Shown here one piece after another: positions 37,750 to 47,054 of a stretch of DNA of 64,000 nt. Each line of letters begins with the position of its first letter. The first letter of the stretch is position 1. A model generated the notes under the pieces. The model was not told the DNA's origin. It searched no databases and saw nothing but the letters and a program-made list of their open reading frames with translations. Origin of the DNA: Nitrospinaceae bacterium (GTDB lineage: Bacteria > Nitrospinota > Nitrospinia > Nitrospinales > VA-1); the NCBI GenBank assembly GCA_023271875.1, contig JALPWY010000001.1:6091-70090 (forward strand), written 5' to 3'. Both the position numbers and the translations under genes were made by a program.

Positions 37750-39075
37750 ATGGACCACATTAGGCCTTCAGCCAGTATCGATAAGTGCATCTTAAGCTTC
37801 AGCCATGATCGGTACACTTCACGAAAAAAGGCAAACGCTGCCGCTATTGCAAAAGCCGAACGTGAAATTGCATCTAACAGCAATGGTGTTAGCCACCTTA
37901 TCCTGCGAGCAACTGATGACAAAATAGACCATCTAAAGTTTCTCTTCCTTATCAACGGTATTCCTGTCATGTGTTACGCGCTAGGGAACCTACTAATTTC
38001 CAGCCTCAAAGAAATCGTCATCATAGGTTCCGAAGAAGTGGAGCAAGTTGCCACTAATTTTTTAGAAACAGTGGGGACGCAAGGGAAAAAAGTATCGTTT
38101 GTCAGAGAAGACTCAAATAAGTTAAACCTTTTTAACACTATGCAGTTAGGAAAACACCGGTTGAATATTGAGCCAAATGAATTGATTTTATTCCAACCTG
38201 GCGACCTACCATTCATGTTCGATATTGAAGAAATCCTGAACGATAGCGACATTCAAAATTACAATTTGATTCTTTGGCTTAACTCCAGACAAATGATGTT
38301 CCCGAATCACCAGCATAATCCAGACAGCGAATTTGTTCGGCGTAACTATCACTACCGCGCCCTTTGTAAAGAAACAAACGAACTACATGAAGTCAAAGAA
38401 CCCAACATTTATCCAATCAACCTGTCCGCAGTAGATTCAGACATCATTGACCATCTGCACTCAACAAGAAAAGATGGAAATATAATTAAGGCCGGTATCC
38501 GAAAAGCACTTTCTATGCCATCAAGAATATTAAAACTACTTCCCATAATGGCACACCACGCACTACACTTCAGGTCTGATTTAAAGCAATTTCGCAAGGA
38601 AGATAAATACCTGTTTGGAATGCAAAGAGATAATTTTGATCGCGCTGTTTCGGTTTTATTAGATACTGAATTCATAACCAAATTCCATAGCGCCCCAGCA
38701 TTTGTTTCTGATGTAGACGCGCTGGAAGATTGGGAAGACTTTGAATCCCTTACACATTATGCCAATCTTAAACATGGGGAGGAAGGCCTAGCACATATTC
38801 ATCCTTTTGGTGAAGAATTACTCCGCTTTCGTGAAGAACAAATGCCTAGCCTGAAAACCAAAATAGATATGTACAATAATTTCCCAGCCTACATCAATTC
38901 ATTTTACCAATCCCTCAAAATGAACCGTGTGCCTTTCCCGAATGGAAGTCGATACGTCCCACATAAGACTAACCATGAAAAAAACGGGTCTGCTCAAAAA
39001 ACAAAACATGCTTTTTCTTGGTATTCCAATAAATGCAACGCCGTTAAACTAGGGCGTGTTAGTCAAATTATTTAA
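37750..39075 (+). CDS. MobA-like/GT-A-fold nucleotidyltransferase-family protein with long C-terminal extension (hypothetical)
   Basis: INGIPVMCYALGNLL...EIVIIGSEE, LFQPGDLPFMF and VSDVDALEDWEDF resemble NTP_transf_3-type motifs, but the canonical G-x-G-x-R loop is not evident. Likely start ATG 37750. Confidence 0.45.
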   Translation: MDHIRPSASIDKCILSFSHDRYTSRKKANAAAIAKAEREIASNSNGVSHLILRATDDKIDHLKFLFLINGIPVMCYALGNLLISSLKEIVIIGSEEVEQVATNFLETVGTQGKKVSFVREDSNKLNLFNTMQLGKHRLNIEPNELILFQPGDLPFMFDIEEILNDSDIQNYNLILWLNSRQMMFPNHQHNPDSEFVRRNYHYRALCKETNELHEVKEPNIYPINLSAVDSDIIDHLHSTRKDGNIIKAGIRKALSMPSRILKLLPIMAHHALHFRSDLKQFRKEDKYLFGMQRDNFDRAVSVLLDTEFITKFHSAPAFVSDVDALEDWEDFESLTHYANLKHGEEGLAHIHPFGEELLRFREEQMPSLKTKIDMYNNFPAYINSFYQSLKMNRVPFPNGSRYVPHKTNHEKNGSAQKTKHAFSWYSNKCNAVKLGRVSQII

Positions 39076-39083
39076 ATAGTTTT

Positions 39084-40004
39084 ATGGCAATCACTGAAAT
39101 ACGAAAATTAGATCTGTTGGCTCGATTTTCTCAAACAGAATTTTTTTCCCATGGCAGTAAACTCAACTATGCCAAGCTAGAACGGTTTATACTCATTTCC
39201 TTTTTACTTCATTTTTCGGTTGTGATCTTTGGTTTAGTTGCTCCTTTAAATACTAAAAAACCTCTAACGCCACCACCAATTAAAGTAAAATATGTCAATA
39301 CCCAAACACCCGTACCCCTTAAACAAAAACAAACACCCGCTGACTCCCTAAAACCAAAAATAAGTCAGAAGAAAAAAACAAAACCACCTGGGTTGCTAGC
39401 AAGAACGAGCCACAAGACATTTGTAAAAAAACAATATCCTAAACAAAAAAAACACCGCCAAATAAAAACGACCACTTCAAAAACCCAGAACATTCCTAGC
39501 ATCATTCACCAATCAAGCCCCCAAGTTACGAAAAAGAAAAAAGGGGAGAACCAACAAAAAGTACATCCTGTCCCTTCCAAATTTATGGGCTCAAAAGGAA
39601 CTCTGACTATGCTTGATGAGTTGAACCAAGAAAAATACGCCCCAGAAAACCCACAAGTTGAAGAAAAAGAAGAACTGGACGAGGATGAACCCATTTCTCT
39701 TGACACTAAAGAAGCAAAATATGTTTCATATTTCAGTCGCATTAAACAACAAATTCAGCGTGTCTGGGTTTACCCATCCCAAGGAATAAAGAGAACCCTT
39801 AGTGGAGAACTCACGCTTAAATTTGAAATTTCGAAGGATGGAAACCTTCTTGGCCTACGATTGATTAATAGCTCAGGCTCCAACATCCTTGATGCTAATG
39901 CCATTAAGGCAGTGAGGGGGGCCGCGCCCTACTATCCATTTCCAAAAACAATCACCAAAAAAAAGCTTTCTATACTTGCAACATTTGTATACAACTCCAA
40001 ATAA
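39084..40004 (+). CDS. TonB-family protein (TM anchor, Lys/Pro-rich spacer, TonB C-terminal domain)
   Basis: TM helix FILISFLLHFSVVIFGLVAPL. K/P/Q-rich linker. C-terminus GELTLKFEISKDGNLLGLRLINSSGSNILDANAIKAVRGAAPYYPFP. Confidence 0.7.
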   Translation: MAITEIRKLDLLARFSQTEFFSHGSKLNYAKLERFILISFLLHFSVVIFGLVAPLNTKKPLTPPPIKVKYVNTQTPVPLKQKQTPADSLKPKISQKKKTKPPGLLARTSHKTFVKKQYPKQKKHRQIKTTTSKTQNIPSIIHQSSPQVTKKKKGENQQKVHPVPSKFMGSKGTLTMLDELNQEKYAPENPQVEEKEELDEDEPISLDTKEAKYVSYFSRIKQQIQRVWVYPSQGIKRTLSGELTLKFEISKDGNLLGLRLINSSGSNILDANAIKAVRGAAPYYPFPKTITKKKLSILATFVYNSK

Positions 40005-40270
40005 TATTTACTGGGGCGCACAATAGAAACCTTACCCAAAAAGCGAGTCCACCTCAAACCCCTACCATCAGAGTAGCCCCTTAATAGTAAAAACACGCAG
40101 TTTTTGCTTCGGATTAAAATTGATGGCCTTTCGCCCCTTAAACGCTTATTTTTTAAAACTACAACTTGCCTGTAGTTTGGGAATAGGCTCCACCCATACC
40201 TCAAACCTTTATTTACATTCCCACTCCGTGTTGATAGTCTTACAGAATATAGTGAGAGTTCCATCCTAAA

Positions 40271-41500
40271 ATGTACAAAATTGATTCTAATATATCTGTT
40301 TCAATGGACTCAGAAAATACCTGCGTAGTCCTTCCCTTATCTCGCCCTCCTTCGAACTGGTCGATGGTTGACTGGTATTGGAAAAAAATTTGCGGCATTC
40401 CGTTTTTATTGAGAAATATTTTCAGTCTTCAGCGATCCGGGGTCAACTCGCTAATTATTTATAGCAATACTGAGAATACTGCTCTTCACAAAAAGCTTTT
40501 CAAGGAAAATAAATTAACCCTTAAGTTAACTTTTGAAACCAATATTACGGAAGTGGTTAGAGTTACTAAAAATTACCCCACCTTGGTTTTAAATGGCGGA
40601 GCGCTTCATACAAAGCAAGAAATTGAGTCTGGCATGAACTTCACAAATCAACCTGATGAAGCATTGGTCTATCCTATTGATCGCACAATCATGACCGAAA
40701 CCCTTAACCAAATAATCATGGGTAATAAGGTTTCCTTGACTCAATCATCCAATTATCAAGAATCCCTCATTAACTTTTTACCGGGGAAAAATGACTCCCA
40801 TATAAACAAGCCAGAGGATTTTCTTATTCAACACAAAAACCTTTTACAAAGCAGTGGACTGAGCAATGATAGCTTTATGGATAAAACCATCACCCGATTT
40901 TTCTCTCGTCAACTCACAAGGTTTTTTTTAGAAACTCCTCTCAGCCCTAACATGATCACTATTTTGAGTCTTTTTATCGGCTTAATTTCAGCAAAATTTT
41001 TTCTTCAAGGTACTTATGAAAATAGCATAATTGGCGCTGCGCTCCTTTTGCTCTCTGCATGGATTGACTGCACAGACGGAGAAGTGGCCCGACTTAAATT
41101 TTCTGAATCAAAAATTGGGGGGAAGTTGGATATTCTTTGCGATAACCTGGTTCATTTTTCAGTATTTTTTGCGATTGGCATGGGGTTATATAAATCCACC
41201 GAGAATAATATTTTTATATTTTTTGGCGCACTTGCTGTGTTTGGAAGTTTTGTTTCCTTTCTCATTCTTAGTTCATCAATTATCGATAAAAAAGAAAAGG
41301 TTTCTGCAAATGCAGTTGATCTAAAAAAGAAAAATACGCTAACTGATAACATGGCAAACAGGGATTTTATTTATTTTCTTTTTTTTATGTCACTGATTGG
41401 TAGGGTTGATATTTTTATATGCATTACTGCTTTTGGCTCGAATATTTTTGCAGCCTATCTTGCCTACTCTAAAATCAAGCCCCTCTTGCATGCAAGTTGA
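40271..41500 (+). CDS. fusion of a degenerate nucleotidyltransferase-like domain and a CDP-alcohol phosphatidyltransferase membrane domain (IPCT/DIPPS-like architecture)
   Basis: CDP-OH-P motif DCTDGEVARLKFSESKIGGKLDILCDNLVH (D-x2-DG-x2-AR...G-x3-D-x3-D) within a multi-TM C-terminal half. The N-terminal ~190 aa resemble an NTP-transferase fold (CGIPFLLRNIFSLQRSGVNSLIIY). Confidence 0.7.
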   Translation: MYKIDSNISVSMDSENTCVVLPLSRPPSNWSMVDWYWKKICGIPFLLRNIFSLQRSGVNSLIIYSNTENTALHKKLFKENKLTLKLTFETNITEVVRVTKNYPTLVLNGGALHTKQEIESGMNFTNQPDEALVYPIDRTIMTETLNQIIMGNKVSLTQSSNYQESLINFLPGKNDSHINKPEDFLIQHKNLLQSSGLSNDSFMDKTITRFFSRQLTRFFLETPLSPNMITILSLFIGLISAKFFLQGTYENSIIGAALLLLSAWIDCTDGEVARLKFSESKIGGKLDILCDNLVHFSVFFAIGMGLYKSTENNIFIFFGALAVFGSFVSFLILSSSIIDKKEKVSANAVDLKKKNTLTDNMANRDFIYFLFFMSLIGRVDIFICITAFGSNIFAAYLAYSKIKPLLHAS

Positions 41501-41525
41501 TCCTTTCTTAATAAAATTCAATTTT

Positions 41526-43520
41526 TTACTCCTCCATCAAAACTTTTGCTTCCAATTTCGAGAAAAAGTTTTTCACCTGAACTAAGTCTTCCACCACCTC
41601 GCAAGAAGGTAATGAATCTAAAAACTGTTTACCATAACCTCGATGGATCATTCTTGAGTCTAAGATAGAAACAACCCCTGTGTCTGATTGTTTTCGTATC
41701 AACCTACCAAACCCCTGTTTCATTTGAATGATGGCGCGTGGTATCTGGTAATGTGAAAACGGATCAATTGACCGTCTGTGTAAATCTTCTATACGTGCTT
41801 CTGTAAGAGGTTCGCTTGGCACATCAAATGGAAGCTTTGTGATTATGACACTCTTAAGGGCATCTCCCGGGATATCGACTCCCTGCCAGAAGGAATTGGT
41901 TCCAAAAATCACACTCGGTGTTTCCTTGAAACGCCGTATCATTTGACCCGTAGGAATTTCTCCTTGCCTAAGAAGAGACAGTTTGCTGGACAAATGTTGC
42001 AACCGATCATACACCTGATCCATTAAGGCATAACTAGTAAATAGTATGAAAGTTCTTCCTTGGGATATTTCCACTAATTCCCCACATCGTCTTGCCATTG
42101 CAGATACATATTTTTCCATTTCCTCGGAAGGTTCAGGCAAATCTCCTGAAATATAAAGAAGTGCCTGGCTAGGGTAATCAAACGGGGAGTCTAGAATGCT
42201 TTGTTCCTGCGGTTTAAACCCAATTCTCTCCTGAATAAACTCAAAACCTCTATGCGTCGTCAATGTAGCTGACGTCAATACAACTCGATCTATTTTTGAA
42301 AATACTTGCTCTTGTAATTCTCCCGCTGCATTCACTGGAACTCCTTGGAGAACGACTCGATTAAATCTTTTTTTCTCAGTAATTTCCAACCAGTAAACAT
42401 ATTCATCAAGATGCTGATTAAGAAAAGCCGGGATAGCGTTGTTAAACTCAATACAACGATTTGCCGCGGATGTGATTTCTACACGATCTTCTTCTGATTG
42501 CACCATTCCTTCAAAATTTTTTAAACTTTCATGCAATTCTTTCATGGGAAAATAAATCGAATTATCAATTGCGATCGGCTTATAAAGGCGAAGAACACGA
42601 TCTTTCCCCCCGTATTCCTCAACAATACAAGTAAAAAAAGTCTCAACTGCTTTTCGAACCACCCCAACCAGGTTACGTAAATGGAGGACATAATCGTGCT
42701 CAATGCGGGAAAGCAAACCCTTTCGAGTTCGTGAATGGTAAAGTCGGTCCAAAAAATAATATAAATAAGAGTTAGATATTTTCAGCCCAAGGAATGACGT
42801 TGCTGACTCTTCTATATTCTGCGCCTCATCAAAAATAACGGCATCAAACCTTGGAAGCACTGCCCCATTACTAGCAACGTTAGCGAAAAAAAGATGGTGA
42901 TTAACTATTAGCAAATGTGCACTAAACCACCGTTTTCTCTCTTTGAAATAATAGCAAGTACTGTAGGTTTCGCAGTTTTTGCCGAGACACAAATCTTTTT
43001 GCCTACCCACATCCTCCCATACTGAAGGAAGTGGCTCAAAGGGCAAATCTCCCTTCGTACCATTTTGAGTTTCACCTACCCAATCAAAAATAGCTGCCAT
43101 CTGTTCATCTTCCTCTACCGTGGCGAAAAGACCCGCTTGGCTTGCACGTTTCAACCTTCTCAAAGAAAGATAGTTTTCATGACCCAAACAAAGCGCATAG
43201 CGAAATGGGATTTTTAATTTTTCATGAATGAGTGGAATATCGTGATAAAGAAGTTGCTCCTGTAAAGCTTTACTATAAGTTGAGACCACAACCTTTTTGT
43301 TATGTTGTACCGCCCATAAAATCGCTGGGATTAGGTAAGCCAAGCTTTTGCCTGTGCCAGTTCCTGCCTCCACAATCAAATGGTGTTTATCATCAAAAGC
43401 TCTCCCCACAGCTTCTGCCATAGCAATTTGTTGGGGCCTACGCTCAAACTCTTCTATGGCGTCAGACAAAAAGCCATCTTTATCTAGGTATTTCCCTACC
43501 TCTTTCTCAATCATAGTCAA
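41526..43520 (-). CDS. dinG: DinG/Rad3-family ATP-dependent DNA helicase (Fe-S type)
   Basis: Walker A AGTGTGKSLAYLIP, DEAH-variant VIFDEAQNIEE, Cys cluster CLGKNCETYSTCYYF, C-terminal helicase motifs QGFGRLIR. Confidence 0.85.
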   Translation of the reverse strand: MTMIEKEVGKYLDKDGFLSDAIEEFERRPQQIAMAEAVGRAFDDKHHLIVEAGTGTGKSLAYLIPAILWAVQHNKKVVVSTYSKALQEQLLYHDIPLIHEKLKIPFRYALCLGHENYLSLRRLKRASQAGLFATVEEDEQMAAIFDWVGETQNGTKGDLPFEPLPSVWEDVGRQKDLCLGKNCETYSTCYYFKERKRWFSAHLLIVNHHLFFANVASNGAVLPRFDAVIFDEAQNIEESATSFLGLKISNSYLYYFLDRLYHSRTRKGLLSRIEHDYVLHLRNLVGVVRKAVETFFTCIVEEYGGKDRVLRLYKPIAIDNSIYFPMKELHESLKNFEGMVQSEEDRVEITSAANRCIEFNNAIPAFLNQHLDEYVYWLEITEKKRFNRVVLQGVPVNAAGELQEQVFSKIDRVVLTSATLTTHRGFEFIQERIGFKPQEQSILDSPFDYPSQALLYISGDLPEPSEEMEKYVSAMARRCGELVEISQGRTFILFTSYALMDQVYDRLQHLSSKLSLLRQGEIPTGQMIRRFKETPSVIFGTNSFWQGVDIPGDALKSVIITKLPFDVPSEPLTEARIEDLHRRSIDPFSHYQIPRAIIQMKQGFGRLIRKQSDTGVVSILDSRMIHRGYGKQFLDSLPSCEVVEDLVQVKNFFSKLEAKVLMEE

Positions 43521-43585
43521 GCATGTTATGTGGACAGAGTCCCCTGGTAAAGTAATTTCTCATCTTGACAACATAATTCATTGGG

Positions 43586-43614
43586 TTGACCTTGAGCATT
43601 AAATTTTCTATGCT
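43586..43614 (+). promoter_or_regulatory. candidate sigma70 promoter (TTGACC-N17-TATGCT) for the SYLF gene
   Basis: -35 at 43586-43591, -10 at 43609-43614, about 120 nt upstream of ATG 43734. Confidence 0.4.
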
Positions 43615-43733
43615 AGCTAAGGTATTTCTCACTCCTCAATATAGGTATTGGATTTACACTTCATTTCTAAACCCACAACTTTTAGGCCAAGCCAACGAAA
43701 CATAAGATAGATTTTTATATTTGGAGAGTTTTT

Positions 43734-44426
43734 ATGAAAAAAATCGCCTTGATAATATTACTTCTTTCTTTTTGTTCTATAAATGCTGAAGCCAAAGAGA
43801 ATAACGAACAGACTCTCAAAGATTCATTGGCTGTAATAGATGAAATAATGAATTCCCCCGACCAAGAAATACCAAGTAAGTTAATTTCTCAGGCAAAAGC
43901 TATACTTATTTTCCCAACTTTGGTCAAAGCGGGGTTTCTCGTTGGAGGTAGGTATGGTGAAGGAGTCGCTTCAATGCGAGCCAAGAAAACCGGTAAATTC
44001 GGACCTCCAACATTTCTAACCCAAGGAGGATTGAGCTTTGGTTTTCAAATCGGAGCGGAAGCGGTGGACCTTGTTCTGTTGGTTATGACGCAACGGGGGT
44101 TGGAAAGTCTACTTAAAGACGAATTCACTTTAGGAGCTGATGCAGCTGTTTCCGCAGGACCCATTGGTCGCCATGCCGAAGCGGCAACCGACTTAGGGAT
44201 GCGAGGTGAAATCTATTCTTACTCAAGAAGTAAAGGTGCTTTTGCCGGTGTTTCCTTAAAGGGAACGGTAATTACGACCGATGAGGAAGCCAATTTTGCT
44301 TATTACGGCCGATTTTTTAAAGCCAAAGATATACTGATAAGAGACAAGGTTAAAAAGATTCCCGCGTCAGGCCAGCAGTTTATTGAAGGGTTAAATTTTT
44401 TAGCCCCGCCAAAAAAAAGAAAATAA
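43734..44426 (+). CDS. secreted SYLF (DUF500/Ysc84-like) lipid-binding domain protein
   Basis: Signal peptide. GGLSFGFQIGAE, YSYSRSKGAFAGVSLKGTVI are typical of the SYLF domain. Confidence 0.8.
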   Translation: MKKIALIILLLSFCSINAEAKENNEQTLKDSLAVIDEIMNSPDQEIPSKLISQAKAILIFPTLVKAGFLVGGRYGEGVASMRAKKTGKFGPPTFLTQGGLSFGFQIGAEAVDLVLLVMTQRGLESLLKDEFTLGADAAVSAGPIGRHAEAATDLGMRGEIYSYSRSKGAFAGVSLKGTVITTDEEANFAYYGRFFKAKDILIRDKVKKIPASGQQFIEGLNFLAPPKKRK

Positions 44427-44461
44427 CCTGAATTTGTTGACAAGTTTTAGTTTTATTTTAG

Positions 44462-45631
44462 TCAAGCAGCGATTTTCCCACGCAGCTTAGCGCTAACCAT
44501 ATCCAGAATAGTGACCACCACGGCAATTGCGAGAAGAGCAGTTCCTGCCTGGTTATACTGCAATAGATTGATCCACTGTTGAAGTAAAAATCCGATTCCT
44601 CCGCCACCCACAAACCCGATTATTGTCGACATACGCACATTTATATCCCAACGATAAAAACTTAACGCCAAGAATTGAGAAAATACCTGTGGCACCACGG
44701 CAAACAAAACTACTTGCATCGCTGTTGCTCCTGTCGCGGTAATAGCCTCTACAGGGCCAAAGTCGATACTCTCTACTTGCTCTGAAAATAATTTTCCTAA
44801 TGCCGCAATGGAGTGAACCGTTAGCGCTAATACGCCTGCAAAGGGACCTATCCCCACCCATACTGCGAACAAAATCGCCATAATTAAAGGCTCGACAGAT
44901 CGTAATACATTAAATATCGTACGGACCGAATAATAAATGGCAGCACCCGTCGGGTGAGAAGTCATTATATTGCGTGCGCCTAAAAAACTCATCGGAACAG
45001 CAATAAGAACAGCAAAAGTCGTTGCCATTAATGCAAGGAAAATCGTTTCAATTATCTTTGCTATTGTTAACTTTAGGGTGTCACTAAACCACCACTTTCC
45101 TGTTCTCCATTCTAAAATAGTTCGAATTTTTTGCACATCTCCTCGTGCGATTGGAGGAACAATAATGTCGCTATGGAAATTACCTCCCGCATCTGTTTCA
45201 AACAAACCCAGAGGATATTCTTGCTCTATTGAATTGATCCACACGATTCTTCCAATCTCATTGGGCCTAAAACCTTTTCCTGACACCTCTATAGTATTTC
45301 CTATTTGACCTGAATCAGTTGATAGAGTTAGAACAGGCCCTTGGACATCTTTCTCAATTTGACCAAGCGGCAATTGCTGGCCTGACAAAACAAAATAGGC
45401 ATCGGCTGATTCTGTTTCCGTTTCAAACGCAAAAAGATCGGGATGCAAAAGGTCTCGAATCAGGGGCTTGACCAAGTGGGAATCTCGAACCAATTCCCCT
45501 AATTCAATCTCTGTAACACGCCAACCATAGCTATAAATAGAAATTAGCAGAAGTGCAAAAAACAAAAAACGCGTTCTAGCGTAAAAGGGACGCCTGTAGG
45601 AAATATCAATTGATGGCTTAAAATCTACCAT
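44462..45631 (-). CDS. PhnE-like ABC transporter permease with a ~150-aa periplasmic insertion after TM1
   Basis: EAA-loop EAITATGATAMQVVLFAVVPQV and C-terminal MSTIIGFVGGGGIGFLLQQ are typical of PhnE. Beta-rich insert LTLSTDSGQIGNTIEVSGKGFRPNE. No cognate ATPase or binding-protein gene nearby. Confidence 0.7.
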   Translation of the reverse strand: MVDFKPSIDISYRRPFYARTRFLFFALLLISIYSYGWRVTEIELGELVRDSHLVKPLIRDLLHPDLFAFETETESADAYFVLSGQQLPLGQIEKDVQGPVLTLSTDSGQIGNTIEVSGKGFRPNEIGRIVWINSIEQEYPLGLFETDAGGNFHSDIIVPPIARGDVQKIRTILEWRTGKWWFSDTLKLTIAKIIETIFLALMATTFAVLIAVPMSFLGARNIMTSHPTGAAIYYSVRTIFNVLRSVEPLIMAILFAVWVGIGPFAGVLALTVHSIAALGKLFSEQVESIDFGPVEAITATGATAMQVVLFAVVPQVFSQFLALSFYRWDINVRMSTIIGFVGGGGIGFLLQQWINLLQYNQAGTALLAIAVVVTILDMVSAKLRGKIAA

Positions 45632-45662
45632 GGGAACATGAGACCTAATTATTCCAATAAGA

Positions 45663-46127
45663 TCAAAGCTTCAATCCTATAGCACTAAACCATAAGAGTC
45701 CAAGGCCTGCAAATAACACAGTTCCATTTAACTTAACTGCCAAAGAATGAATTTTTTTAAATTTCACCTCATATGATTTTTTTTCTTCTGCGGAACTAGC
45801 CGACTGTCTAAGAACTTTCAAATTTCTTGACTTAGGACTTACAACCAAACCGGCATAAAACCATCCGACTATCATAATGAACAGAAGTATTTGCTTGGGA
45901 CCAAAGAGTTCTTGAGTGCTAACCAGCAGGGAAAGCAAAGTCATCACAGCGCACACATAACCCAAAAAATAATACCTAGGGAAAATGACACCCACCACTT
46001 CCCCAGCTTTTTCACGGTCCAATAACTTGAAAATTACCGGTGCAGTAAAAAATGAAAAAAAAACAATACTACCAACCCAACACACCAAACTAAGAATATA
46101 AACAAAATGAATAAAATCCATCAACAT
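45663..46127 (-). CDS. DUF4149 (TMEM205-like) four-TM membrane protein
   Basis: FFTAPVIFKLL...AGEVVGVIFPRYYFLGY pattern and four hydrophobic helices. Confidence 0.6.
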   Translation of the reverse strand: MLMDFIHFVYILSLVCWVGSIVFFSFFTAPVIFKLLDREKAGEVVGVIFPRYYFLGYVCAVMTLLSLLVSTQELFGPKQILLFIMIVGWFYAGLVVSPKSRNLKVLRQSASSAEEKKSYEVKFKKIHSLAVKLNGTVLFAGLGLLWFSAIGLKL

Positions 46128-46194
46128 GTTACAAACCTATGTTTTTACAGAATTAATCTTGAGTTAGTTCTAAATTCTTAATAAAAATACTACT

Positions 46195-46923
46195 CTAAGC
46201 ACTAAGAGCTGATTTGATTTCCTCAACAATCTTCAATGCAGCTATATTAGGATCCTTGGCATCACGAATAGGTCGGCCTACAACTATAAGGTCAGCGCCG
46301 TTAGATATTGCATCTTTAGGTGTAACGATGCGGCTTTGATCATCCTTTTTGACGTCCGCCCATAACGGGCGGATTCCAGGAACCACTACCTTGAAGTGAT
46401 TACTGAATGTGCGCTTGATTAAAGCGACTTCTTCACCAGAACAAATAACTCCAGCGCATCCTGATTCTTTAGCTACATTAGCTCGATCTAGTACCAATTG
46501 TCTCAAGCTAAGGCTTTCTTTATAACCCAAATCCCCAAGCTCTGATTCTGAAACGTTGGTAAGAACGGTAACAGCTAAAACTTCCAGCCCCAAATCTTTG
46601 ACTTCGGTCGCGGTTTGTAAGATTGAGCTGCCATCCGACCCATGAACGGTAATGAATTGAACTCCATGCGTGGCGGCCGACCTCAGTGCCGAACGAACTG
46701 TAGCTGGGATATCATGTAACTTAAGATCTAAAAAAACAGATGCGGAACTGTTTTGCTTCACTGTTTTGAGAACATCAGGCCCTTCCTTAATAAATAACTC
46801 AAGCCCGACTTTAAAACAACCGACTGTATCGCCGAGTGCACGAACATACCTTTCGGCCTCTTTTCGGTTCGGAACATCCAGCGCGAAAATCAGCCTATTC
46901 TTTGCAGATATGGATAGATTCAC
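46195..46923 (-). CDS. pyrF: orotidine 5'-phosphate decarboxylase
   Basis: LIFALDV, FKVGLELF, FLDLKLHDIPATV, VVGRPI. Confidence 0.9.
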   Translation of the reverse strand: MNLSISAKNRLIFALDVPNRKEAERYVRALGDTVGCFKVGLELFIKEGPDVLKTVKQNSSASVFLDLKLHDIPATVRSALRSAATHGVQFITVHGSDGSSILQTATEVKDLGLEVLAVTVLTNVSESELGDLGYKESLSLRQLVLDRANVAKESGCAGVICSGEEVALIKRTFSNHFKVVVPGIRPLWADVKKDDQSRIVTPKDAISNGADLIVVGRPIRDAKDPNIAALKIVEEIKSALSA

Positions 46924-47054
46924 GTGAGATTCAAGATAAAAACAACGCTCTAAGCAAAGACCTTATAACGACATTTTGTCTATTTTTTATACGCCACATT
47001 TCGTTAGATATTAGAGTTTTTAAGTATGTTTGTCTAGTTAGAGAAAATGTGATT

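Noticed and set aside
40056-40078. 8-bp hairpin AAACTACA-N7-TGTAGTTT considered as the terminator of the TonB-like gene
   Set aside because: No U-run follows it on the plus strand; the T-run precedes it. On the minus strand there is no upstream gene to terminate. It is recorded as a structure only.
39932-40264. 110-aa minus-strand ORF filling the TonB to CDP-alcohol transferase intergenic region
   Set aside because: It overlaps the 3' end of the TonB-like gene, is R/S/L/G-rich, and has no SD or recognisable motif. The region is more likely non-coding.
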